A stretch of 64,000 nucleotides of DNA. Source: an uncultured delta proteobacterium (GTDB lineage: Bacteria > Desulfobacterota > Binatia > UBA9968). Below the pieces are notes generated by a model that saw nothing but the letters and a program-made list of their open reading frames with translations, did not search any database and was not told where the DNA came from. Positions 38,801-48,419 of this stretch are shown here, in pieces. Position numbers and translations under genes: made by a program. The DNA is taken from positions 96,001 to 160,000 of the forward strand of contig CAVSHR010000007.1 of the NCBI GenBank assembly GCA_963727625.1, read 5' to 3'. The number at the start of each line of letters is the position of its first letter. Position 1 is the first letter of the stretch.

Positions 38801-39433
38801 TCGCGGCTCGCCTCCATTCGGTGCGAGAAGAAGAGAGGGCGCGTCTCGCCCGCGAGCTTCACGATGAGCTCAGCGGGTCCCTGACCGCGCTAAAAATGGA
38901 GGTAGCCCTCCTGCCGGACCGGGCCGCTAAAAATCACAAATTGTTTTTGGAGAAATTAGGCTCCATGTCCGGGTTAATCGACCGCACTCTGGCGCGAGTC
39001 CGCACCATCGTTACGAAGCTGCGGCCGGTGGTCCTGGATTCACTGGGCTTGGTTGCGGCCTTGGAATGGCAAGCCCGGGAATTTCAGGAGCACTCGGGAA
39101 TCGTTTGCGAGATTCATTTGCCGGTCGAAGAGAGCTATTTGGACCGTGATCGAGCGACCGCGGTTTTCCGGATATTTCAGGAATCCCTGACCAATGTCGC
39201 GCGCCATGCCGACGCGCACAAAGTCACGGTGGATCTAAGAAGTGAAAGCGGGAAGCCTGATTCTAGAGGTGCGTGATGATGGCAAAGGTATCGACAAGAC
39301 CAAGATTTTCAAACGCGATTCCATGGGGCTACTGGGCATGCGGGAGCGGGCGATGGCTTTTGGCGGAACCACGGAAGTCACCGCGTTGCCGGAGCGAGGA
39401 ACCTGCGTGACGGTGCGGATCCCGACCATGTAG
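35830..39433 (+). CDS. CheB-CheR-PAS-HisKA_3 histidine kinase fusion, +1 frameshift near 39246
   Basis: CheB GASAGG/H/SGTGTDG; CheR GCASGEEAYS, FATDID, SCRNLLIY; heptad coiled coil NEELQS; ARELHDEL; ESLTNVARHA; tail DDGKG...GLLGMRER in the next frame. Confidence 0.88.
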
Positions 39434-39451
39434 CGCGAGAGGCCCTTGTCT

Positions 39452-40081
39452 ATGAGAATTCTCATCGCCGACGATCATCCAATTTTTCGCGCCGGGTTGA
39501 AGGAAATTCTCGGCAACCAGAAGGACGTGGAGTTGATCGGAGAAGCTGACACTGGGCTTAAAGCTCTGGAGCTTGGCCTCAAGCAGCGCTGGGATGTGGT
39601 GCTACTCGACCTCACCCTGCCCGGAAAAGATGGTCTTGAGGTCTTACAAGAAATGCGGCGCCAAAGACCCGATCTTCCCGTTCTCGTTTTGAGCGCTCAT
39701 CCCGAAGATCAGCTAGCTTTGAGATTGCTTAAATTAGGGGCCGCGGGATACCTAACCAAAGACAAAGCTCCCGAGGTTCTGTTTACCGCCGTCAGAAAAG
39801 TTTTGCGAGGTGAAAAATACTTAAGCGAGTCACTGGCGGAGACGGTTGCTTTGGATGTGGTATCCGGGGCAACCCGGTTGCTACACGAGGAGCTTTCTCA
39901 CCGAGAGTATCAGATCATGTGCATGATGGCCTCCGGAAAAGCGCTGAAGCAGATCGCCAAAGAACTTTTTCTCAGCGTGAGAACCGTCAGCACCTACCGC
40001 GCCCGCTTGCTTGAGAAGATGCACATGAAAACCAATGCGGAGCTTATCCGCTACGCTTTGCAGAACAAACTTGTCGACTAA
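39452..40081 (+). CDS. NarL/LuxR-family response regulator
   Basis: ILIADDHP, LLDLTLPG, GYLTK, LSHREYQ...LFLSVRTVSTYRARLLEK. Confidence 0.95.
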   Translation: MRILIADDHPIFRAGLKEILGNQKDVELIGEADTGLKALELGLKQRWDVVLLDLTLPGKDGLEVLQEMRRQRPDLPVLVLSAHPEDQLALRLLKLGAAGYLTKDKAPEVLFTAVRKVLRGEKYLSESLAETVALDVVSGATRLLHEELSHREYQIMCMMASGKALKQIAKELFLSVRTVSTYRARLLEKMHMKTNAELIRYALQNKLVD

Positions 40082-40266
40082 CCGACTCCGTCCTTCTCCT
40101 ATCCCCTTCCCGCAGACAGCCTTTTGTAGTCCTAGAACGGACGCAATAATCGTTGTTTTGGAAGCTGTTAGCTACAGCGCGATCCTCTATAATTTGTTCA
40201 TATTTGTACGATGATTCTTGCGGCGCCTAAGTGGCGGCTAAAAGGACTCCTTCGAAGGGATTCATC

Positions 40267-41322
40267 ATGAACCTGAGACCAACCGACACACCCGGCTTCG
40301 CTGATCGCTGGGGAATTATTTTGTCGGGCGGGGACGGCACGCGACTGCGCGACTGGGTTTATCGCAGACGTGCCGACTATCTGCCCAAACAATACCTGAA
40401 CTTCATCGGCAAACGGTCTATGTTGGAGCACACCTGGCACCGCGCCCAGAAGCTGCTTCCGGCGCAGCAACTCCTCACCGTCGTCGCCAAGGAACACCTT
40501 CAGTTCGACGAGGCACGCCGCCAGATTGCTTCGAGACCAAGCCAGGGAGTGATACTCCAACCCGAGAATAAGGACACGACGCCCGGGCTTCTGCTGCCGT
40601 TGCTGCATCTTTATAAGCGTTGTCCCAAAGCGAAAGTCGCGGTCTTCCCTTCGGATCATTTCGTTCTTGAAGAAGGTCTGTTTATGCGCCATGTGGAGGA
40701 CGCCTTCCGGGTCGTCGAGTCGGATGCTTCTCGTATGGTCCTTTTGGGCCTGGAACCACATGGGCCGGACCCCGAATACGGTTATATTGTCCCGGGGGAG
40801 GGGGTCGAAGCCGCCCCGCCCAACTTGGCGAGACAGGTCGAGATGTTCGTGGAAAAGCCATGCACGGACGCAGCCAAGAAGATCATCGCAAGCGGCGCCT
40901 TATGGAACACGATGGTGATGGTGTTCGCTTGTAAGACTCTCTTGTCGGTAGTCCAGAGCGTGGCACGGGGGCTCTATCACTCTTTTGCGCCGATTCTCGA
41001 CGCCCTGGGCACAGCTGATGAACACGCGGCGGTTGAAAGGGTTTATCAGAACCTGCCCCCGCACAATTTTTCCAAAGGGGTGCTCGAAGTTCTTCCTTTT
41101 GAGCATCGACAAGCGCTTGTCGTTCTTCCCGTGCGGGGGGTCACCTGGAGCGATTGGGGAACGGCTGATCACCTGTCGGGCACCCTGCGACAGTTGGGCG
41201 CATCGGAGTCTGTGCAATCAACCGGCGTGCTTCGAGACACGCAGGAAGTCCGGCGTGCCGTGCGCAATGTCACCGGCCGCAACGCTCAACCGAATTGGCT
41301 TGCGGCGCTGAAAGGAAGTTGA
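40267..41322 (+). CDS. Mannose-1-phosphate guanylyltransferase-like nucleotidyltransferase
   Basis: ILSGGDGTRL, PKQY, FPSDHF, EYGYI, FVEKP, LWNT, WSDWG; no PMI domain. Confidence 0.8.
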   Translation: MNLRPTDTPGFADRWGIILSGGDGTRLRDWVYRRRADYLPKQYLNFIGKRSMLEHTWHRAQKLLPAQQLLTVVAKEHLQFDEARRQIASRPSQGVILQPENKDTTPGLLLPLLHLYKRCPKAKVAVFPSDHFVLEEGLFMRHVEDAFRVVESDASRMVLLGLEPHGPDPEYGYIVPGEGVEAAPPNLARQVEMFVEKPCTDAAKKIIASGALWNTMVMVFACKTLLSVVQSVARGLYHSFAPILDALGTADEHAAVERVYQNLPPHNFSKGVLEVLPFEHRQALVVLPVRGVTWSDWGTADHLSGTLRQLGASESVQSTGVLRDTQEVRRAVRNVTGRNAQPNWLAALKGS

Positions 41323-41333
41323 GGAAAGACGGT

Positions 41334-42065
41334 ATGGGAGAGCGTGAACCGCTCCGCACTTCTTTGGCTTCACCCGGATTGTGCGATTACCTCGCGCATG
41401 AGTTGAGCAATCCTTTAAACGGCATGCGCTTGAGCGTTGAGGCCATCGAGAGATCTCTCGTGGGGAACCCGCGCGCCATGGACGAGATCGGTGATTTGCT
41501 GGTAATTTTATCCAAAGAAATTAAACGGCTTATTGGACTTCTCAAAGCGCTCCGTTGGTCCGGCGTGCCGGTCGATGTTGATCTGCGGCCAACATTCTTA
41601 GCCGCGGAAATTAGCGAGCTGCTGGGTTTGCAATCAGCCTATTATGAGCAGCGCGGAATCCGAATTAACCGGCATGTTCCGTTGGATTTGCCTTGCATCA
41701 TGGCTGACAGAGATAAGCTCAGGCAAGTTCTTCTAAATCTTAGCAAGAACGCGATTGAAGCCATGCCCAACGGCGGAACACTCACTCTTCGAGGTTACGC
41801 GAGCGAGCAATGGCTGTGCTTGGACATCGCCGACACCGGAGAGGGCATACCGGAGGCGATGCCGGTCTTTGAACCGGCGATCACAAACAAACCGCAGAGT
41901 CGCGGCCTTGGCCTGGCGATTGTGCGTGAGATTGTTAAACAGCACAGGGGAACGGTCTCGTACACAAGCCGGCTTGGAAAGGGAACCACGTTTCACCTCA
42001 AGTTTCCTATCCGAGCGGGACAAACAATCGAGCCTTTAGGACGTGCCGCGTCCTTGGCAAGATGA
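41334..42065 (+). CDS. Histidine kinase core (HisKA plus HATPase) without input domain
   Basis: LAHELSNPL, VLLNLSKNAIEAM, DTGEGI, GLGLAIV, GKGTTF. Confidence 0.85.
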   Translation: MGEREPLRTSLASPGLCDYLAHELSNPLNGMRLSVEAIERSLVGNPRAMDEIGDLLVILSKEIKRLIGLLKALRWSGVPVDVDLRPTFLAAEISELLGLQSAYYEQRGIRINRHVPLDLPCIMADRDKLRQVLLNLSKNAIEAMPNGGTLTLRGYASEQWLCLDIADTGEGIPEAMPVFEPAITNKPQSRGLGLAIVREIVKQHRGTVSYTSRLGKGTTFHLKFPIRAGQTIEPLGRAASLAR

Positions 42066-42096
42066 AAAGGTTATCGACATTGGCTACTAAGGATAC

Positions 42097-42867
42097 ATGC
42101 TGATGATTCAACGGACTCCTGGAGCCGATCCGTTCAAAGAGCAACTGCGTGAGTCCTTGCAGCGCGAGGCGGTAAATTCTCGCGCCGTCACGATTGCCCG
42201 GCACGCCAACGTCTACAGCTGCGGCGACCAAGACCAGACGGTCTATTTCATTGAGAGCGGCCAGATCAAACTGCTCATGCTCTCGCCTGAAGGCAAAGAA
42301 TGCCTGCTCGCGATCCACAGCGCGGGAGATATTTTCGGCGAGTTATGTCTATCCGGCTCGGGCTCGCGACCGGAAACCGCCACCGCGATGGAAGAAACGG
42401 TTTTAAAGAAAATGCCGTACCACCAGTTTCTCGAACGCTTGAGCCGGGACGGGCTGCTTGAGGGGTTTGTCAGATACCTGGCCCTGCGCATCGCCGAGCA
42501 GCAGCAGGTGATCGCCAATCTGGTGACGGTGGACAGCGAGCAGCGCTTGGGCAAGACGCTGTTGCAGTTGGCGCGCACGCTGGGCAAGAGAGACCAACGG
42601 AGCACGCGCATCGAGCTGAAGATATCCCATGATGAATTATCCGAGATGGTTGGCACGACGCGGCCTCGAATCAGCATCTTCATGCAGGGATTTCGCAAAC
42701 ACGGGTTGATTGAGACGAGCCCGGAACACTGTCTCGTCATCAAAGAAAAGGAGCTCACGGATTACCTGACGAGGAGAGCGTCTGAACATGTCTGCGTGCG
42801 GTACTATCATGCTCTCCGGAATCGTTCAGAATTGGACAGCGATCTCTTGCGGGTCAGCGTCAATTAA
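42097..42867 (+). CDS. Crp/Fnr-family transcriptional regulator (copy 1)
   Basis: VYFIESGQIKL, GDIFGEL, R.ETATA, HTH SHDELSEMVGTTRPRIS. Confidence 0.9.
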   Translation: MLMIQRTPGADPFKEQLRESLQREAVNSRAVTIARHANVYSCGDQDQTVYFIESGQIKLLMLSPEGKECLLAIHSAGDIFGELCLSGSGSRPETATAMEETVLKKMPYHQFLERLSRDGLLEGFVRYLALRIAEQQQVIANLVTVDSEQRLGKTLLQLARTLGKRDQRSTRIELKISHDELSEMVGTTRPRISIFMQGFRKHGLIETSPEHCLVIKEKELTDYLTRRASEHVCVRYYHALRNRSELDSDLLRVSVN

Positions 42868-43150
42868 ATCAACTGAGGAGGTAACCTCCCGCGGGCCTGA
42901 TCGTTGCCCGCGACGAACTCGGTATCCTCGATACCCTGTCCCATAGCCTAGGAAGGATATCGGGAAAATTTTAGAGGGCGCAGGACAGTTTCACTTTTGC
43001 GAGCAGCGCAGCATTTTTTCAAAAATTGTTCACTATTAGACAGAACTCTTGCCCAGTGGAGGTATCATAAGAGAGTCGGAAAGTATGTCGGCACGTTGGT
43101 TTCAGCGCCTCAAGTTGAAGCAGCGTACCCACGAAGAAGGAGGTCCTCAA

Positions 43151-44641
43151 ATGGATGTAAAGACCGCCACCGCCGCTACCGCCACGCTAGAGCAGTTGCA
43201 GGCTTCCGAAAGTCGCTACCGGCGCCTGTTCGAGACGGCCAAGGACGGTATCGTTCTCCTCGATGCGAACACCGGACGGATCACCGACGTCAACCCCTAC
43301 ATGCTAGACATGTTGGGTTATTCTCATGCCGAATTGATGGGCAAAGCGCTCTGGGAGATCGGTGCGGTCAAAAACATTGCCGCGAGCCAGGGCTTCATGC
43401 ACGAGTTGCAGAAAAAGGAATACGTCCGTTACGAAGATCTGCCGTTGGAAACCAATTCCGGAGACCTCATCGAGGTGGAGTTCGTCAGCAATGTCTATCT
43501 GGTCGATGGCGTGAGGGTGATTCAATGCAACATCCGCGACATCACCGCCCGCAAACAGATCGAGGCGAGCGAACAGGCGGTCCGTGAGAAACTGACGGTT
43601 TCGGTGTCCGAGCTGCAACAGCGCGATGAAGGAATGAAGGCGCTCATCCGCCTAAACGATTTGCTTCAAACTTGCACAAGCCCGCCCGAGGCCTACCAGA
43701 TGGTTGGCATTGTGGCGAATGAATTATTTAAAGCGGACAGTGGCGGGTTAGCCATTTTTAACAGCCGAGGTCATCAGTTGGAGACGGTTGCGCGTTGGGG
43801 CGATAAGCCAATCCTAAAGTCCGGTTTTTCATCGGAGGATTGTTGGGCGTTACGGCGCGGAAAATTTCATGAAGTGAGCGATCCCGGGGTGGATTTGCTC
43901 TGTCATCACTTTATCGATCGACCCCAACGCGGCTATTTGTGCGTGCCTTTAATCGTCCATGCCGGAACAGTCGGACTGTTGAGTCTCAGCGGCCCAGTGA
44001 AAAACGATTCTGATGCGCAGGCGAGGCAACAAATGGCCACGGCGGTGGGCGAAGCGATCAAGTTGTCTTTGGCTAATTTGAAACTGAGAGAAGAACTGCG
44101 CGACCAGGCGATTCATGATCCGCTGACGGGACTGTGCAATCGGCGCTTTTTGGAAGAGAGTCTGGAGCGCGAGCTGCATCGTGCGCACCGTGAGAATTCT
44201 CCGCTCTGCATCGTGATGATCGACCTCGATAACTTCAAACCATTTAACGATATTTTGGGTCACGCTGCAGGCGACTCGATGTTACGCGATTTGGCCCAAG
44301 CGCTGCGCGAGACGCTGCGTAAGAGCGATATCGCGTGCCGCTATGGCGGAGATGAGTTTGTCCTCGTGCTGCCCGACTCCTCGCTGGCGAACACCCTGCT
44401 ACGGATGGAACAAATCCGGGAGCTGATTAAAGAAAGATTGAATCGGCACGGTGGTCAGGCGCTATCCCCGATCACCCTATCGGCCGGGGTTGCCGGTATG
44501 CCTGAACATGGTTCCACGCCTGCTGAATTGCTTTACGCGGCTGACATGGCCATGTACGCCGCCAAGCAGGCCGGGGGGAATCGCGCGGTTGCCTACCATG
44601 CGCAGAACCCTGATCGTTCGAAAACAGTAAGCGTAGGATAA
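43151..44641 (+). CDS. PAS-GAF-GGDEF diguanylate cyclase
   Basis: PAS (YRRLFETAKDG...CNIRDIT), GAF, DPLTGL.NRR, DLDNFK..ND, I-site RKSD, intact GGDEF; RBS aggagg. Confidence 0.92.
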   Translation: MDVKTATAATATLEQLQASESRYRRLFETAKDGIVLLDANTGRITDVNPYMLDMLGYSHAELMGKALWEIGAVKNIAASQGFMHELQKKEYVRYEDLPLETNSGDLIEVEFVSNVYLVDGVRVIQCNIRDITARKQIEASEQAVREKLTVSVSELQQRDEGMKALIRLNDLLQTCTSPPEAYQMVGIVANELFKADSGGLAIFNSRGHQLETVARWGDKPILKSGFSSEDCWALRRGKFHEVSDPGVDLLCHHFIDRPQRGYLCVPLIVHAGTVGLLSLSGPVKNDSDAQARQQMATAVGEAIKLSLANLKLREELRDQAIHDPLTGLCNRRFLEESLERELHRAHRENSPLCIVMIDLDNFKPFNDILGHAAGDSMLRDLAQALRETLRKSDIACRYGGDEFVLVLPDSSLANTLLRMEQIRELIKERLNRHGGQALSPITLSAGVAGMPEHGSTPAELLYAADMAMYAAKQAGGNRAVAYHAQNPDRSKTVSVG

Positions 44642-44643
44642 AA

Positions 44644-45072
44644 ATGCGCACCACGCACCCACACGCTCACCGGAGCCGATCGCCGCGACCTGCTTCTGTA
44701 AACCGCGATGCCTGGTATGCCCGGCCGGCTCGTGACGAAACATCCCGAGAGACATTTTTCGGCTCCCGGCTGCCTCTCGCTACCGTCTCCCCGGAAACAG
44801 CCTTAATGTACGCGGTGCTTGAGGACGCCTTTCTGTGCTTGCAGAAGACCGGCGAGCTTTCGCAACTGGTTCGGTGCCGGGCGCGGCAGGCTGAGCAATG
44901 GTTTCTCAGCGACGATTCCCGGTGGATCTTTGCTTTTCTGCCGATTTGCGACGTACTCGGAATCGACCCGGAGTACCTGCGCAAGAAACTCAAGAATTGC
45001 CAGCCAATCGCCCCGGACATGACCCAGGCAAAGCGGTTGCACGCTCCGTCGGGAGATCAACCTTCAGGGTAG
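44644..45072 (+). CDS. Hypothetical protein, paralogue of 58624-59064
   Basis: Shared pattern PE..L..A.L.DA..C...AE.WF.S.D....F....IC.VL.I.P.Y.R. Confidence 0.7.
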   Translation: MRTTHPHAHRSRSPRPASVNRDAWYARPARDETSRETFFGSRLPLATVSPETALMYAVLEDAFLCLQKTGELSQLVRCRARQAEQWFLSDDSRWIFAFLPICDVLGIDPEYLRKKLKNCQPIAPDMTQAKRLHAPSGDQPSG

Positions 45073-45155
45073 GTCGCCTGGGTAACCAGGACTTGCCAAG
45101 CCCCCTCGCACCTCGACTCGCGTTGCCATCGATGCGGGCCTCGAAAGGAGACGTG

Positions 45156-45839
45156 ATGGTGATTCAACAAACTCCTCAAGCCGACGAGTTTAAGCGACTG
45201 TTACGCGATTCCTTGCAGCGCGAGACAATCAGTAGCGGCGCGATCAAGATCGCCCGACATGTGAATGTGTACAAAAGCGGCGATCATGACGACATGGTCT
45301 ATTTCATCGAGAGCGGTCAGATCAAGCTGCTGATGCTCTCCTCGGAGGGAAGAGAATGCCTCCTGGCCATCCACGGTGGCGGAGACATTTTTGGCGAGTT
45401 GTCTTTATCCGGTTTAGGCGCGCGCTTGGAAACGGCGACGGCGATGAAAGCGACGACCCTAAAACAATTGCCCTGCGCGCAGTTTTTTGCGTGTCTAAGC
45501 CGCGACTCGCTGCTCGAGGGTTTTGTGCGCTACCTGACGGTGCGCATCGCCGACCAACAGCAGGTCATCGCCAACCTGGTGACCGTCGACAGCGAGCAGC
45601 GCTTGGGTCAGACGTTGTTACAGCTGGCCCGTACCATGGGAAAGAAAGATCCCCGCAGCATCCGCATCGAGCTCAGGATATCCCATGAAGAACTGTCCGA
45701 AATGGTGGGCACGACGCGGCCGCGGGTGAGTTTGTTCATGCAACGGTTTCATAATCTGGGTTTGATCGAGACCAATAGGGATCGGTTCTTCATCATCAAA
45801 GAAAAAAAGCTCACCGATTATCTCGCGCAGATCGCCTAG
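45156..45839 (+). CDS. Crp/Fnr-family transcriptional regulator (copy 2)
   Basis: Closely similar to 42097-42867 throughout; RBS aaggag. Confidence 0.9.
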   Translation: MVIQQTPQADEFKRLLRDSLQRETISSGAIKIARHVNVYKSGDHDDMVYFIESGQIKLLMLSSEGRECLLAIHGGGDIFGELSLSGLGARLETATAMKATTLKQLPCAQFFACLSRDSLLEGFVRYLTVRIADQQQVIANLVTVDSEQRLGQTLLQLARTMGKKDPRSIRIELRISHEELSEMVGTTRPRVSLFMQRFHNLGLIETNRDRFFIIKEKKLTDYLAQIA

Positions 45840-45868
45840 AACCGCGGCGGCGGACGCGTGAGCGGGGC

Positions 45869-45941
45869 TTGATTCTTGTCAAACTAGAAACGCCAACTTC
45901 TGCCGGCATGGAGTATCTTTCCGTGCGCAGTCTGCTATAGT
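45869..45941 (+). promoter_or_regulatory. Candidate FNR/FixK-type box with an extended -10 element
   Basis: TTGATtcttGTCAA at 45869-45882; TGcTATAGT at 45933-45941. Confidence 0.3.
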
Positions 45942-46077
45942 ATTGAGATGTAACCATTGGCATCCCAATGTCCAGTCAGCGCATGCTCGGTCCACTCTTG
46001 GCCGAGTTCTCAAGAGGCGGTTTCCAGTGGGGACCGCCTCTTTGCGATTCAACCGACCCTTATCTAAGGAGGAATTT

Positions 46078-46251
46078 ATGGAAACATTCAAAAAGAGGCA
46101 AAAGGCCTGGGCGCGGAAAGAGAAGCAGCAAAAAAAGGCCGCGCGCAAGATGGAGCGGCGCAACGACAAGACAAAGTCGCCGGATAACGCCGAGGAAACC
46201 AATTCCACGACTGCGGAAGCGAGCGAACGGCAGGGGCCGACAATTTTATAG
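46078..46251 (+). CDS. Small basic helical protein
   Basis: RBS aaggagg; METFKKRQKAWARKEKQQKKAARKMERR. Confidence 0.65.
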   Translation: METFKKRQKAWARKEKQQKKAARKMERRNDKTKSPDNAEETNSTTAEASERQGPTIL

Positions 46252-46344
46252 GACATCAGCGCGCGGCGGAATGAATCCACGGGGCGGTTCCAATGGGCTG
46301 TTCGTCGGCGATCTCACTCGATTCGCATGCGCGGGTAGGACTCA

Positions 46345-46572
46345 ATGAATCAAGACACGCTCTACAAAAATCATCTGATCCACGGCGAATCGTTTCAGCG
46401 CGAAAATAACGGCGCCTGGGTGCCGCAATACACCGTGACTCGCCAGGATGGCGCGACGGAGAAGGTCGATTTTCCCTCGCATCAATATCAATTCAATCAC
46501 GCTTATTCCACGGAAGTTGAGGCGGACGAATTCGCCGTGCATATGGCACAGGCGTGGATTGATAAAAGCTGA
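46345..46572 (+). CDS. Small hypothetical protein
   Basis: RBS agga; YK.H.I...W.P...EA..FA..MA.AWID pattern. Confidence 0.6.
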   Translation: MNQDTLYKNHLIHGESFQRENNGAWVPQYTVTRQDGATEKVDFPSHQYQFNHAYSTEVEADEFAVHMAQAWIDKS

Positions 46573-46635
46573 TGGCTAAATCCCGGCTGTTTTCCGCCTG
46601 GTGAAATTCAAATTGACTAGCACGCGCCTCTTCGA

Positions 46636-46866
46636 TTATCGGCCCGGTGTGCGCCCTCGCGCTCTCATGCAGGCGGAGAAAGCCGCGCCTTTGCTGCCGA
46701 TCGTGGCCACTGCGGCTTGTCGCTCGCAATCGATGACGTCGCTGTCGAAGCTGCCGCGCGCTCTGCTGTTGTTGCTCGAAGCCCCGCTCGGCGCGGATCG
46801 ATAAGGTGCGGACCCGGCGCAACCGAACGAAAACAGCATTACGGCGAATATTGCCAGCTTCATCAA
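46636..46866 (-). CDS. Small lipoprotein
   Basis: Signal peptide with lipobox SFGC; paired cysteines CERQA...ACMRARG. Confidence 0.6.
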   Translation of the reverse strand: MMKLAIFAVMLFSFGCAGSAPYRSAPSGASSNNSRARGSFDSDVIDCERQAAVATIGSKGAAFSACMRARGRTPGR

Positions 46867-47007
46867 TCATCCTTCCGCGGCGTTAAGCAGAGTCAAAAGA
46901 CCCGCACGGCGAATCAGTTCACCCTATTTTTAGCATTTCAAATTTGCGGCGCCACCCTTCCGGCTTGGAAATTCACTGGATGAGCGCAGCGGTGATTTTG
47001 CCGGATT

Positions 47008-47039
47008 CCGTGGGGGCGTATGGCGGTACGTCCCCACGG
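47008..47039. repeat. REP-like GC-rich hairpin
   Basis: ccgtgggggcgta-tggcgg-tacgtccccacgg: 13-bp stem with one G-T pair, no U tract; downstream of the OMF gene. Confidence 0.5.
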
Positions 47040-47064
47040 GCAGGATTGAAATTGTCTCGCCGAG

Positions 47065-48411
47065 TTACCAGCCCAGCGCCTTGCGCAACTGCACGAAGGA
47101 TTGCAGCTGTCCCTGGTTGATGCTGACCTGGCTGTCCTGCGCCTGGTAGAGACTGCGCTGAGCGTCGAGCAGGTTGAGATAATCGATGGCGCCGGCGTCG
47201 AAGCGCGCCTTGGCGATGTCGTAGGCTTTCTGCGATTCGACCACCGAGTCGCGCGCGATCACGGCGCGGTCGTCGGCGCTCTTGAGCGCGGCGAGCGCGT
47301 CTTCGACTTCTCTGAAGGAAGTCAGCACGGTTTTTTGGTACTGCGCCGCCAGTTCTTTTTGGCGCGCCGTGACGTTTTCAAGATTACCGGTGAGCTTGCC
47401 GCCGGTGAAGATCGGCGCGAGCAAGCTTGAGGCGATCGATGTCGCAGCGGCGGCAGGGCCGCCGAAGCCGGCAGCGATCGCCGAATCGAGGCCGAGGGTC
47501 AGCGAAGGGAAGAAGGCCGCCCGCGCCGCGCCGATGTCGGCATTGGCGCCGCGCAGACCGGCTTCGGCGCTCTGGATGTCCGGCCGCGCCGTCAGCAGGG
47601 TTGCCGGCGGGGTGAGATTGACCGGCGGCATGGTCACCGAGGCCAGTGTGAAGTTTGGCGCCGGGAAGTTTTGCGGCGCTTGGCCGAGCAGGATGGCCAG
47701 GGCGTTGCCGGTGGTGGTCCGCTGCTCGATCAGCGACGCCAAGGCGCTGCGAAAGCCGTTGACTGCGACGCGCTGCTGGGAAACTTCCAGGCCGGAGACG
47801 CTGCCCTGGGCAAATCGCGCCTCGACGATGCGAAGGATCTCTTCGGCGTTCTTGAGATTGAACTCGGCGATGCTGATGCGGTCGTTGAGGCTCAAAATCT
47901 GCGTGTAAAAATTAGTCACATCGCCGGTGACCACCAGGCGCAGCGCCTCTCGGTCGTAGCGGCTCGCCTCGGTGCGGTCGTCGGCCGATTTCGCGGCGTT
48001 GCGGTTTTTGCCCCACAGATCCACTTCGTAGCTAATGCTGCCGCCGCCGCGCGCCGCGTTGGTGTCTTTCGGGTCTTGATAGGTGCGCGAGGCCGAGCCG
48101 CTGGCATTGATCGTCGGATAGAGCGGCGAGGCGGCGACCTTCGCCTGCGCACGCGCCTGTTCGATGCGCTGCAGCGCGGCTTCCAGATCGAGATTTTGCG
48201 CCAGGGCGATTTCCACCAGGCGATCGAGATCGGCGCTGCCGAGATCGCGCCAGAACGGCGCGCTGCCCGGTTGCGCGTTCATGCCGACTCCCGCAACGCT
48301 GCTCCAGCCGGCGGGAATGGCCATATCCGGACGCTGATAGCCGGGCGCCAGGCTGCAAGCCGACACAGCCAGCGAGAGGGCGATGGTACCGTTCAACAGT
48401 TGTTTACCCAT
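47065..48411 (-). CDS. Outer-membrane efflux factor lipoprotein (NodT/OprM family)
   Basis: Lipobox VSAC, SYEVDLWG, LL.ARPDI..AE, GAARAAFFPSL, EVEDAL, L.KALG. Confidence 0.92.
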   Translation of the reverse strand: MGKQLLNGTIALSLAVSACSLAPGYQRPDMAIPAGWSSVAGVGMNAQPGSAPFWRDLGSADLDRLVEIALAQNLDLEAALQRIEQARAQAKVAASPLYPTINASGSASRTYQDPKDTNAARGGGSISYEVDLWGKNRNAAKSADDRTEASRYDREALRLVVTGDVTNFYTQILSLNDRISIAEFNLKNAEEILRIVEARFAQGSVSGLEVSQQRVAVNGFRSALASLIEQRTTTGNALAILLGQAPQNFPAPNFTLASVTMPPVNLTPPATLLTARPDIQSAEAGLRGANADIGAARAAFFPSLTLGLDSAIAAGFGGPAAAATSIASSLLAPIFTGGKLTGNLENVTARQKELAAQYQKTVLTSFREVEDALAALKSADDRAVIARDSVVESQKAYDIAKARFDAGAIDYLNLLDAQRSLYQAQDSQVSINQGQLQSFVQLRKALGW

Positions 48412-48419
48412 GATGCACC

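Noticed and set aside
47008-47039. Intrinsic terminator
   Set aside because: The hairpin lacks a U tract on either strand; kept only as REP-like.
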